A stretch of 63,462 nucleotides of DNA, counting the filler, from Octopus bimaculoides (Eukaryota): NCBI RefSeq assembly GCF_001194135.2. It is 6 parts of 6 records of this genome, joined end to end, with 100 filler letters (N's around TTAATTAATTAA, not from the genome) between each part and the next. Parts side by side here need not be neighbours in the genome. Positions count along the whole stretch, not along the records: positions 1 to 10,253 come from NC_068990.1; positions 10,354 to 19,879 come from NC_068986.1; 4 more parts are not named here. One strand, given 5' to 3'. The position numbers and the translations under genes are program-made. Shown piece by piece: positions 1-11,860 of this stretch. The notes under the pieces were generated by a model. That model did no database searches. It had not been told where the DNA came from and saw only the letters and a list, made by a program, of their open reading frames with translations. Numbering within the stretch: position 1 is the stretch's first letter; each line of letters starts with the position of its first letter.

Positions 1-38
1 TATATATATATATACACACATGATCAAGCACATTTTAT

Positions 39-74
<36 letters not shown>

Positions 75-521
75 ATACACACATTTTTCACACACATATA
101 CATATATAGTCTCTCTTCCTCACACACATGCACATACACACACATAATCACTTACACTCACATATATTCATAAGTACAGTCAACAATACAAAACACACAC
201 ATGCATACACAAACATTCAGATTGCCACAAGTGGAATTCATCTTCTGAGAGAAATGGCTTTGATTCTGTTACCCAGGAGACTCTGCAGAAATGGGACGGT
301 AAGAAGCAGGGGAGTATTTTCTGAAACTGAAACTAATAACATCAACTCTACGATTATCATTATCAGCATTGGCATCATCATCATCATAACCATCATCATC
401 ATCATCATCATTGTCGTCATCCCCACCCCACCATTACCATCATCATTACTGCTGTTGATACTGCTCTCACCACCACCACCACCACCACCACCACTGCTGT
501 CATCATCATCAGCTCTGTGAT

Positions 522-859
522 AATGGTTTCAAATATTGGCACAAGGCCAGCAGTTTTGCGGGAGGGGTTAGGTCGAAACTCCTCCCCCACTGTTCAAATG
601 GTACCCATTTTATCAACCCTGAAAGGGAGAAAGGGATGAAGGCACAAGACCTGAAATTTTGGAGGAGGTGGCGGTGGAGTGGGGTGGGAGGCTAGTCGAT
701 TACATTGACCCCTTTGCTCAACTCATACTTATTTCATCGACCCTGACAAAAAATGAAAGGCAAAGTCAACCTCGACAGAATTTGAACTCGATACGTAAAG
801 ACACAAAATACTGCTACACATTCAGTCTGGTGTGCTAACAATTCAGCCAGCTCACTACC

Positions 860-860
<1 letters not shown>
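522..860 (-). mobile_element. SINE family A (tRNA-derived head), two partial decayed copies
   Basis: Reverse complement matches the motif set gagctggc..gttagcac..gagttcaaatt..gtcgactttgcctttcat..gtcgat..aagtaccag seen in 8 or more copies in this window; followed by (AAT)n. Confidence 0.8.
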
Positions 861-899
<39 letters not shown>

Positions 900-930
900 T
901 AATAATAATAATAATAAGAAGAAGAAGAGT

Positions 931-1146
931 AATCCTTTCTACTATAGGCACAAGGCCTGAAATTGTGGGGAAGGGGACTAGTCAATTACATCAACCCTAG
1001 TGCATAACTGGTATTTAATTTATTGACCACCAGAAGGATGAAAGGCAAAGTCGACCTTGACAGAATTTGAACTCAAAACATCACAATGAGCGAAATACAG
1101 CTAAGCATTTTATCCAGCATGATAATGATTCTGCCAGATCGCCATG
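931..1146 (-). mobile_element. SINE family A
   Basis: RC contains B-box-like gagttcaaattct and gtcgactttgcctttcatcc; similar to the 57116 copy. Confidence 0.85.
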
Positions 1147-1249
1147 ACTGGCTGGTAACGTATTTTTCTGCAATGTATGGATAATTTATCCTCTTCCCGC
1201 TATTTTATTAGTATTATCACACGTTTGAGAATAAATTATTTCTGTATCC

Positions 1250-1289
<40 letters not shown>

Positions 1290-1351
1290 GCAACAGCGTG
1301 GCAACATCCTACATTCATACAGGTCCAGATGGAAGTACTAAATTGAGTGTG

Positions 1352-1396
<45 letters not shown>

Positions 1397-1754
1397 ATAG
1401 ACGTATATGTGAATATTTGTGCACATGCATGCACACACACATACACATGTATGTGTGTGTGTGCATGCATATATGGATCAAAAGCATAATTGACCAACAT
1501 AAAACTGTGTGTGGTTTAGTCAGATAAAACCATGACACCTTTAAAGTTAGCCATGGATATACAGGTGACACATAAAAACATTTATCTCTCTTGACCAAAA
1601 TCCGAGAATCCGAGTTGATTTTAATGGCGGAATTTAAATGACTGAATCGGTGCTAACGTTTATTGGAAGTAGAACTGAAAATGAAGTGAATAAAATGCTA
1701 TGTGGTGCTTTGACAACAAAAACAACAGCCGCCGCTGCCATTTCATCTTCGTCA

Positions 1755-2000
1755 TCGTTTCAACATCATCATTTAATGTCTGTTTTCCAAGACTTGCATG
1801 GATCAGGCAGAATTTATTGTGTTAGATTTCCTACGGCCAGACGCACCTTCCTGTCACCCGCTTTCACCATTTCCCAAGCAAGCTAATCTTGCTCCATGGC
1901 CAGACATGTTTTCACAGAAGATTGGAAATGAATGATGGTGCTTGTATGACATTAAACTCATCTACAATGATCACATGATATCAAGACAAAATGATATTCA
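1755..2000 (-). mobile_element. RTE-tail-type repeat (family D related), decayed
   Basis: catcatcatttaatgtctgttttcc..tttcctacggccagacgcaccttcct is the RC of the tail at 5150-5297. Confidence 0.55.
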
Positions 2001-2207
2001 CACACACATTTCTCATGCACATGGGCACACACACAGACACACATATATGTGGTTCAAAATTCTACAAAAGCCAGAGACAGTTGAGGGAACAACAAGCAAA
2101 GCATATTAGTTTAACGCTCAAGAAAACATAGAAAAGTTTTTGATGCTTCAAGCCTATGCTCTTCTGCAGAAAGGAATGAGGAGACAAAAACAAATGTATA
2201 TATATTA

Positions 2208-2246
<39 letters not shown>

Positions 2247-2475
2247 GAAGCCTATAGGCAACCACTTACAGGCAAATAATGATATGCTATATAATCAAAC
2301 CAAGTAAAACCAAATTTATTGAAAGAGGTACTTTTGAAAAATCACCTGATGAGACACATCTGCACTGATGGATGCACCATAACGAGTCAGGGGTCAATGC
2401 AAGATGGATTGAAACAATTGCTGTGATTAATAGAGAATCTTGAATATACCATTTTCTGTTCCTCTCATTTGTTTT

Positions 2476-2530
<55 letters not shown>

Positions 2531-2563
2531 CACATATATATTATACATACACTGACATATGTA

Positions 2564-2601
<38 letters not shown>

Positions 2602-3184
2602 ATATATGTATTTACACACACATGCGCTTGCACAGCACATGTATGCACACAGACATACACATACATATAGATAAAAAGATTGATAGAAAGCTAGGTAGTT
2701 AGACAGACAGGTAACACAAGAGAAGAAGGTAATAAACAGGTAAGTAAACAGAAAGCGTGATATACTTTCTAAAGTTAAAATAGAAGTTGAAATAAAAGTT
2801 GAAATAAAAGTACATAGCATTAGCAAGAATTTATTGGCATAATCATGGAATTGTATTCCTCATTTTGATGGTAATAATACCGTGGAAGTATGCGTTGCTT
2901 TGTGGAACATAGCATTTTGATTCCTTCTTTTAGAGATAATGGTAAAAGTGATAGTTAGGAATGGATGATGAGAAGTCAAAAGAGAAAACTATGAAGAAAG
3001 AGAATACGAAAGTGAAGAATTGTGCAATAGATATTGCAGAAGATAAGATAAGAAGAATTGAATGAGAGAAATTTTTAGGAGGAAGGGAAAGAATTTTAAA
3101 GAAAGAAATGAGAGTAAAATTTTGAAGAAAAATTGGTAAAAATATAAAGAGGGAAACTTTTGAAAAACAGAAGGTACTTGATTA

Positions 3185-3372
3185 GCATCTGTCTATCTAT
3201 CCTTATTCTTCTATTGCCCACTATCTCTGTCTGTCTGTCCATCTCTCTGTCTATCTATCCATTTATCTATGTATCTATCTTTATCTCTCTCTGTCTTTGT
3301 CTGTCTCTCTATCTATCTATCTATCTCTATCTATTTCCCTCCTATCTTTAACTATCTCTCTCTCTCTCTCTG

Positions 3373-3413
<41 letters not shown>

Positions 3414-3678
3414 CTGTCTCTCTATCTTTCTATCTATATCTATCTCCCTCCTGTCTATCTAGCCATTTGTCTATCTCTCTCTCTGTCTTTATCCATCTGT
3501 CTATGTGTGTGTGTCTCTCTCTCTCTCTCTATCTATCTATCAATTTATCTATCTACATATCTCTATCTATCTTCTTCCTAGCTTTATCAATCTATCTATC
3601 CATATCTATCTCCCTCCTATCTCTCTCTTTATCTATCTATCTAGCTATCTCTATCTATCTCCTTCCTATCTTTATCTT

Positions 3679-3769
<91 letters not shown>

Positions 3770-3880
3770 CTACCTCTCTCTCTCTATCTATCTCTCTCTC
3801 TCTGTCTCTATCTATCTGTCTATCTCTATCTGTCTCCCTCCTAGTTTTATCTATCTGTCTACATGTATATATATATCCCA
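3185..3880. repeat. Complex (TCTA)n/(TC)n microsatellite, about 700 bp
   Basis: Directly visible; source of the LSIY-type ORFs. Confidence 0.95.
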
Positions 3881-4637
3881 CAAAAAATTCTTTGGACTGA
3901 AAATAATGAATAATAGATATAGGAAAAAAAATTGAAGATAAAACTGGATGGAGAATTAGACGAAGGAGAAATTTCGAGAAGAGATAAAGAGGAAGAACAA
4001 ACGAAGAAAAAAATAACGTTGAAAGACCTTCACCACAACCACGACCAGCACCACCAAGAATATCAACACCAAAAAATAGTTGAAGATAAAAGTGTAATAA
4101 CAAATAAGAAAAACATCAACAACATCGAAGAGTTGCTCCGAAGATAATAAAAATAATAATAAAATAAATAAAAAATAAACAAAATGAAACGAAAATAGTA
4201 AAAAGAGACAAACAGTTTTGGAACATTATTAAAATTTGTCCATAATGTCTAGCAGAATAGACTCTTCAAAAACAAATCACCATGTTTTTGGCATCTGTCC
4301 CAATCTTTCCTTTTCAATTAACTGGTTTTTACCATCCTCTAACAAATTACAGCTATTGAGCAGATAAAAGATCTTATTTATGTCTTAGAGCTTTCTCCAG
4401 TTTATTGTTGTACCTCTATGAAAAATATAGAGTCTTTTATTTTTTTGTAGCCTAATATTCTGTCTATATTATGGCTATCTGCTCGTTATAGGGTGATAGA
4501 GTGTTAGGTTGATTGCTGACTGTGTATAGCTGCTGTTAATATGGCAAACCCGCAGTGTGTAGTTACAGGAGAAATAAATTGATAAATCTACATTGTGCAG
4601 TTGTAGACAAGATAGTTCTGCAGTGTGTTGATGCAGA

Positions 4638-5297
4638 CCAGAGAGGTGGATGGGCCTAGAAGAGTTCAGGCATGGTGTCAGTGGAATGTAAAAAGCTCAT
4701 CCAAGCGTGGGGTGTAACCAGCCCACTTATGAGTACCCCTCATTCATTGGACAATGAACTTTGCTTGCGAAGACCTGTTGAGGCAAATGAAATCAAAATC
4801 AAAATCACTGACGAGGCCAATGACAGTACTACCTGATTGGCACTCGTGCCAGTGGAATGTTAAAAGCACATCCGAGCGTGATTGTTGCTAGGGTCGCAGC
4901 TTGGCTTCCATGCTGGTGGCGCATAAAAAGCACCATTTGAGCATGATCATTGCCAGTGTCGCCTTACTGGCACATATGCTGGTGGCACATGAAAAACAAC
5001 ATTTGAGTGTGGTCATTGCTAGTGCCGCCGGACTGGCTCCCATACAGGTAGTATGTAAAAAACACCTTGTGAGCATGGTCATTGCCAGAACCGCCTGACT
5101 GGCCCTCATGCTGGCGGCATGTAAAAGCACCCACTACACTTTCGGAGTGGTTGGCGTTAGGAAGGGCATCCAGCTGTAGAAACTTTGCTTGATCAGATTG
5201 GAGCCTGGTGAGGCCTCCTGGCTCGCCAGTTTCCAGTCAAACCATCCGACCCATGCCAGCATGGAAAGCGGGCGTTAAACAATGATGACGATGATGT
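4638..5297 (+). mobile_element. SINE family D with internal tandem 65-70 bp units and RTE-like 3' tail ending in (GAT)n
   Basis: About five repeats of gtggcac.taaaaagcacc..tgagc.tg.tc.ttgc, then gagtggttggcgttaggaagggcatccagctgtagaaac..ccatgccagcatggaaagcgggcgttaaacaatgatgacgatgatg. Confidence 0.75.
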
Positions 5298-5306
5298 AGG
5301 TTAGAC

Positions 5307-5548
5307 TAGAGGTTCTCAGCCGGGGTCTATTTGACCCCTTAGGGGTCCACACAAGAATTTGTTGTTGAAATAAGTTGGGTATATTTCTACAATTTGCAAT
5401 ATTCCAATAATTTTTTTAATACAATTTCTTATAATATTTAATTATAAAAATATTATGGGATATTTTAAAACATTGGGTGGTTATAAGGGTCTGAGTAAAA
5501 TAGGAACTGAAAGGGTCCATGAGGGAAAAAAAGGGTCAAGAATCACTG
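5307..5548. mobile_element. hAT-type MITE (CAGTGGTTCTCAAC-like TIRs)
   Basis: Left tagaggttctcagccggggt, right gggtcaagaatcactg; flanks ggttagac and aactagac resemble a degraded 8-bp TSD; second copy at 55379. Confidence 0.65.
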
Positions 5549-5577
5549 AACTAGACAAATCTATAACTTTATATCTT

Positions 5578-5772
5578 TTATTTTCTACTTGTTTCAGCCA
5601 TAAGACTGTGACCATTCTGGGGCACCACCTTGAAGAATTATAGTAGAGCAAATTGACCCCCAGGTGTTATTTTTGCTTGTTTCTAAGGTCTTGTGCATGT
5701 ACTATTGGTCTCTTTTACTGAACAGGGATGTAAACCCACCAACACCAGTTGTCAAGTGGTTGTAGGGAACAC
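5578..5772 (-). mobile_element. SINE family B, 3' half
   Basis: RC of the ttgacaac..gaccgatagaataagtac..ctgaaacaagtagaaaa tail. Confidence 0.7.
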
Positions 5773-5779
5773 ACACACA

Positions 5780-5849
<70 letters not shown>

Positions 5850-6136
5850 ACAATTTAGAGTAGCTCGTTATATTTGACTTGAGTCAAATATTCTGGTATC
5901 ATGTTTTGCTTCTTAGCATAACATGGACAGAATAGACCAATAAAGTATAATCCTATATATTAAATCTAATTAAATTCTAATTATTAATTCTAATATATTT
6001 TCTGTGTATTTTCAACTTCATTTCTTCTTTTCCTCTATTATGAAGTTATGAAATGTTATAAGCTCATTGAAATGACTGTAATGAAGGACTTCACATCACA
6101 CTTGTTTGTTTTGTTTTCACTCATTATTTTTATTAT

Positions 6137-6284
6137 ACGTGGCTGTGTGGTAAGAAGTTTGCTTCCCAATCACATGATTTCTGGTTCAGTTCCACTGTGT
6201 GATACTTGGGGTAAGTGCCTTCCACAATTACCCCAGACCAACCAAAGCCTTGTAAGTGAATTTGTTAGGCAGAAAGAATTCTGT

Positions 6285-6316
<32 letters not shown>

Positions 6317-6565
6317 TATATATGTGCACGTGTACGTGTATGTGTGTGTGTGTGTGTGTTTGTTTGTTCCCACCACCATTTGACAATTAGTGTTAGTATG
6401 TTTATGACCCCACAACTTAGCAGTTTAGCAAAAGAGACTGATAGAATAAGTACATGGCTGTAAAAGAAAAAAATAGGTACTGGGGTCAAGTCATTCAACT
6501 AAAAAAATCTTCAAGGTGGTACCCCAGCATGGCTACAGTCCTATGACTGAAACAAGAGAAAATGA
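6137..6565 (+). mobile_element. SINE family B, near full length with internal (TA)n/(TG)n
   Basis: tgtggtaagaagtttgcttcccaatcacatg..ggttcagttcc head; gactgatagaataagtac and gactgaaacaag tail. Confidence 0.85.
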
Positions 6566-7001
6566 TAAGCTATACATTGACTTTGCATTTCTTTATTTCA
6601 ACTGTTACATATGTTACATATGTTTCAGTAGTCAGCAACACGTGACATCACACAATAAATGTAACCAGCTGATGTTGAGCAAACACATTGCCAGACACTC
6701 ATAGAGAAACTACAAGAGAAGGTAGGTTGGGAACCCAGTTGACATATCCACAGAGTAGACTGATGTTTGTAAGGGTAGGGATTAGGCATTGGGCATAGAA
6801 CGAGGACTTGGGTTGCTTTTACTTGACCTTATGAGAGGGGAGGGATGAGTGGGGATATAGCATGTTGGCCAAACCATGAGATACAATAAATCACTAGGGG
6901 CAAACAGTGGGGTTTAAAGGGATTCACATTAGAGATGAAACTTGAATGGTTTAATTTTCACATGTTGAGTGCATCTAATCACATATCTATAATTTTTTCA
7001 A

Positions 7002-7164
7002 AGAAAATGTTGATAATGACTTCGAAGTTTTGGCACGCTTCCTTTGCTACATGTGGGTTCCTTTTGGCTTTTTATAGTCTTTATAAAGCTAAAAAGAACC
7101 CAAGTAGCTCAATCTAATGAAAGTGAGCAAGCAAAAACTTCAAAGTCACTGTCAATATTTTCTC
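7002..7164. mobile_element. Small palindromic MITE-like element, copy 1
   Basis: Arms gaaaatgttgataatgacttcgaagtttt and aaaacttcaaagtcactgtcaatattttc are near reverse complements; related to 8191-8300. Confidence 0.55.
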
Positions 7165-7328
7165 AGTAAAAGCTATTTATGTATTTTCATTTGGTTATGT
7201 TTTATTAAGAAATAATGTTTTACAGATTTAAAGAAAGTGGGGTGGGTTACGAGGAATCAAACTGGACCCAGCACATTCCTGGTACTTACTTTGGAAGCTC
7301 AGGACTGTCATTAAAATAATATGGCTTC

Positions 7329-7420
7329 ACTCACCTGCAAAAACAGAAGGAAAGAAAAACTGTTAGAAAGCCAGGAAAACAAGAAGAATATAAGAAAAAG
7401 AAAGAGAAAATAGAATGAAA
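7329..7420 (-). promoter_or_regulatory. Candidate recursive splice site (branch point, polypyrimidine tract, CAG|GTGAGT)
   Basis: Minus strand reads ..tttctaAcagtttttctttccttctgtttttgcag|gtgagtgaag. Confidence 0.45.
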
Positions 7421-7457
7421 TGATGAAGCAAGTAATGGAAGGAAAGATAGATGATCG

Positions 7458-7703
7458 AACCAAATCCGACGACTGGCACCCATGCCAACCTCTCCTTCTT
7501 TGGACACTAAACTCTGCTTGTGAAGACCTGTTGGGGCAAGTGAAATCGAAATCAAAATCGTAATTGAACCGTATTCGATGACTGGCACCTGTGCCAGTGG
7601 AGCACTAACAGCACCATCTGAGCGTTATCATTGCCAGAGCAGCTGTTTGGCTTCCGTGCCAGTGGCACATAAATAGCGCCATTTGAGTGTGATTGTTACC
7701 AAA
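7458..7703 (+). mobile_element. SINE family D, partial
   Basis: gaagacctgttggggcaagtgaaatc and gtgccagtggcacataaatagcgccatttgag are shared with 4638-5297. Confidence 0.7.
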
Positions 7704-7918
7704 CACAGACAGACACACACACACTTCGAAACGCCGGTGTTTTAATGGTGGCAGCTGATAAAGGAGATGTTTCTACGTGGCTTGCTTGTTTGTTGTACCT
7801 TGTTTATCATTTTGTCCATGTTCTTTTGCCACGTCATGTACCCAGTTATGTATCTATATGTACATGTAGATGAAGGTATGTACATACATGTACATATATA
7901 TGCATATACTCATATATT

Positions 7919-7952
<34 letters not shown>

Positions 7953-8020
7953 GTGTGTGTTTATGTGTGTCTGTCTGTGTTTGGTAACAATCACATTCAA
8001 ATGGTGCTATATATATATAT

Positions 8021-8178
8021 GACAGGCTTCTTTCAGTTTCCATCTACCAAATCCACTCACAAGGCTTTGGTCGGCCCGAGGCTATAGTAGAAGACACTTG
8101 CCCAAGGTGCCATGTAGTAGGACTGAACCAGGAACCATGTGGTTGGGAAGCAAGCTATTTATCACACAGCCATTCCTC
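8021..8178 (-). mobile_element. SINE family B, 5' head
   Basis: RC: tgtgataaatagcttgcttcccaaccacatggttcctggttcagtcc..caagtgtcttctactatagcctcgggccgaccaaagcc. Confidence 0.85.
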
Positions 8179-8190
8179 AAACTTTTATAA

Positions 8191-8300
8191 GGAAAAGTTC
8201 GACAGTAACATCGAAGTTACAGCTTGTTTGCTTTCATTAGACTTGCGACAGTCTGATGAAGATAAGAAGTCAAACTTCAAAGTCACTATCAACATTCTCC
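8191..8300. mobile_element. Small palindromic MITE-like element, copy 2
   Basis: Imperfect arms of about 50 bp around an 8-nt loop (..ctttcattagac ttgcgaca gtctgatgaag..). Confidence 0.55.
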
Positions 8301-8389
8301 AAGGAAAAGTTCGATAAACATGTACTCTACTAAAAGATCTTGAGTAATCCTTCAGTTTAATGCTAAACTGGTGCGTGTGTGTGTGTGTG

Positions 8390-8835
8390 GGGGGGAAGGG
8401 TCACTATACAAATGGTGATTTTGGTGGTGGTGGTCATGTTTGTAGTGGTGATGGTGATGATGGTGTTGCTGGTTGCTGTGACTGCAGTGGTAGTGGTGAC
8501 TACTGTGGTGGTGGTGGTATTGGTGGTGATGGTGGCGGTGACTCAAATGTTGGCAGTGGGGATTGTAGTGGTCACGTTGGTAGTCATGGTGATGGTAGTG
8601 ATAATAGTGTAGAAATGGTGATAATTAATGTAGCAGCAATTAGAAATGATGACAGTGATGACGATAGTGAGAGATAATTTGATGGCGGTGGTGGGGCTGG
8701 TTTGATGTTAAGTAAAATACTAACGATTGGTGATGATGATTCTGATGATGATGATGATGATAATGATGACAGTAGATGAAATTGTAATAATTTGTATTGG
8801 TGTTAGTCATAGTGTTGGTGGTGGTGGTGTTGTGG
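8390..8835. repeat. Degenerate (GGT)n/(GAT)n low-complexity tract
   Basis: Directly visible. Confidence 0.85.
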
Positions 8836-9544
8836 TCATGGAGATGGTGGTAGTTTAAATGAAGCGTGACATAAAAGGTAGTTTATGATGTATTCAACAA
8901 CAATGGACCGTAAAGAAAAGTAATCGAAGCCGAGAATGTCATGAAACTGGAGATAGTGGGGGGGGGGAGNNNNNNNNNNNNNNNNNNNNNNNNNNNNNNN
9001 NNNNNNNNNNNNNNNNNNNNNNNNNNNNNNNNNNNNNNNNNNNNNNNNNNNNNNNNNNNNNNNNNNNNNNNNNNNNNNNNNNNNNNNNNNNNNNNNNNNN
9101 NNNNNNNNNNNNNNNNNNNNNNNNNNNNNNNNNNNNNNNNNNNNNNNNNNNNNNNNNNNNNNNNNNNNNNNNNNNNNNNNNNNNNNNNNNNNNNNNNNNN
9201 NNNNNNNNNNNNNNNNNNNNNNNNNNNNNNNNNNNNNNNNNNNNNNNNNNNNNNNNNNNNNNNNNNNNNNNNNNNNNNNNNNNNNNNNNNNNNNNNNNNN
9301 NNNNNNNNNNNNNNNNNNNNNNNNNNNNNNNNNNNNNNNNNNNNNNNTATATATATATATATATATATCTATATATATATATATATATATATATAGGCGT
9401 ATATATATGTGTGTATACATGGGCGTGTGTGTGTGTAAAGATATATACATACATATAGGTAGACAGTTTGACACACAGACACACATGCATACATATATAT
9501 GTGTATATATGCATGTGTGTGTGTGTGTATATATNNNNNNNNNN

Positions 9545-9598
<54 letters not shown>

Positions 9599-9861
9599 TG
9601 AGGACGATACACAGTCACACACACACATATAATACATATAAATTGATGACACACACACACACATACACACAAATATAAATATAAATATATGCATATTCGA
9701 TAGCAGAATGGATGGATTAGTAGGTAGACTGGTGACTCGATGGAGAAGGTTGGTAAATAGATAGGATAGATATTGATTAAAAGATAAATAAACATCCAGA
9801 TTGGGAGGGTGTTGGGGGGGGAGGGGGAAGACAGGAAGAGAATTAGATTTATAGGATCCTC

Positions 9862-9909
<48 letters not shown>

Positions 9910-10154
9910 TTAGGGATAGAGTTGGGTGGTGAGATGTAAATCCATACTACAAGGAAACATGGTATCCTTGCAGTTAGGATAATCCGAGAATGCTTGGAAA
10001 AAAAACCCTCGCAGCCTCCCGCCCAGCATCATCATCCCATATCCTGGTATTTTCTTTATTTTTTTTATTTTGGTGATGGTGGGCAGGGGTGGAGAGGAGT
10101 TTTAGTTTGAAGGCAAGACTTAGTCACTTCATCAACAACATCACCACCACCACC

Positions 10155-10248
<94 letters not shown>

Positions 10249-10353
10249 CCACCNNNNNNNNNNNNNNNNNNNNNNNNNNNNNNNNNNNNNNNNNNNNTTA
10301 ATTAATTAANNNNNNNNNNNNNNNNNNNNNNNNNNNNNNNNNNNNNNNNNNNN

Positions 10354-10735
10354 AGATCAGTAAATATAAAGACTTGCTAATAGAAATTGAAGAAACGTGG
10401 CACCTCAAGGCGACTACCATACCAGTGATTGTAGGATCTCTAGGAATGATAAAAAAAAGGCACTGAAACCTATTTGAAAATGATACCAGGCTTACCATCC
10501 CTACAGGAAGTACAAAAAATCGTGCTAACTGGAACGACTCATGTACTGAGAAGAGCATTATCGCTGTGAAAACAACATTCATTCATTATTTTATTTTTTA
10601 TTTTTTTTCTTAAATACATGTTTTACCTGTGAATTTTCGTGTGTAAACTGGGAATGCATACAACGAGTTTCTGTGCCCTAGGTGTACGGAAAACACTCGG
10701 TGAGAAATGGAAGAAAATTTGAAGAATATTTTCAA
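10354..10735 (+). mobile_element. R4/Dong-clade non-LTR retrotransposon 3' end (restriction-like endonuclease C-terminus plus 3' UTR)
   Basis: Translates ISKYKDLLIEIEETWHLKATTIPVIVGSLGMIKK(fs)GTETYLKMIPGLPSLQEVQKIVLTGTTHVLRRALSL* with stop at 10567-10569. Confidence 0.85.
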
Positions 10736-10959
10736 GTTGGGCTATCACCTACACATCAGTCACCTGAAAAATATCACTCATCCGAAAATTCATGGCAGCT
10801 GATAATTGTAAATATACATTATATGTTAATGGAATGTGCTGGCTATAGCTGAGTTATCTGTTGGTAATGGTCAGCCCTATAATGTCCGTGTGGCAGACTG
10901 TAGGGACATTTTATTATCAATGGTCATACACGATATAAATCCAAACACTATTGTAAACG

Positions 10960-11075
10960 GCGGCGGAAGTGAACTAGAACGTTAAATCTTAGTGCGCATG
11001 CACAACAGAGATCAAAGTAAATCTGTGCAAGCTGCTTTACTCTGGGTACTTTAGCTTTGTTACTATGGCAACAGT
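10960..11075. promoter_or_regulatory. Promoter-like motif cluster: ETS, NRF1-like and RFX X-box
   Basis: cggaagtg 10964-10971; gtgcgcatgcac 10992-11003; gttactatggcaac 11059-11072. Confidence 0.4.
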
Positions 11076-11165
11076 CAGGATACTTATGATCAGACCTCGT
11101 TTAAGCAAAGAGTTTATATTTTGTAATAATCAACTAATTTTGTAATAATCAACTAATCAAGGTTT

Positions 11166-11352
11166 CGAGCTGGCAGAGCAAAAAGCTTAGCAGCATTACG
11201 GCTGTCAATGCCTTATGAGTTCAAATACCTCCGAGGTCAACTTTGCCCTTCATCTTTCGGGGTTGATTGAAAATAGTACTAGTTGAAGTCTGGGTTCGTT
11301 GTACTCGACTTAGCTCTTCTCTAAAATTGCTGTCGCTGAACCAAAATTGTAA
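11166..11352 (+). mobile_element. SINE family A, decayed
   Basis: cgagctggcaga..gagttcaaatacctccgaggtcaactttgcccttcatc. Confidence 0.75.
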
Positions 11353-11829
11353 ATCAACGAACTACTCAAGTCTTGCACTATTTGAATATTAGCACGCTCT
11401 CTCTCTCTCTCCATCCCTCTCTCTCTCTCCATCCCTCTCTCTCTCTCCATCCCTCTCTCTCTCTCNNNNNNNNNNNNNNNNNNNNNNNNNNNNNNNNNNN
11501 NNNNNNNNNNNNNNNNNNNNNNNNNNNNNNNNNNNNNNNNNNNNNNNNNNNNNNNNNNNNNNNNNNNNNNNNNNNNNNNNNNNNNNNNNNNNNNNNNNNN
11601 NNNNNNNNNNNNNNNNNNNNNNNNNNNNNNNNNNNNNNNNNNNNNNNNNNNNNNNNNNNNNNNNNNNNNNNNNNNNNNNNNNNNNNNNNNNNNNNNNNNN
11701 NNNNNNNNNNNNNNNNNNNNNNNNNNNNNNNNNNNNNNNNNNNNNNNNNNNNNNNNNNNNNNNNNNNNNNNNNNNNNNNNNNNNNNNNNNNNNNNNNNNN
11801 NNNNNNNNNNNNNNNNNNNNNNNNNNNNN

Positions 11830-11860
<31 letters not shown>

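Noticed and set aside
8352-8677. His-rich and Gly/Asp-rich ORFs
   Set aside because: Degenerate GGT/GAT trinucleotide tract that is open in several frames.
10298-10309. TTAATTAATTAA islands (also 19924, 46588, 60005, 61722)
   Set aside because: The same 12-mer is centred in N runs (44 N each side where counted); it is an assembly gap marker with six-frame stops, not biology.
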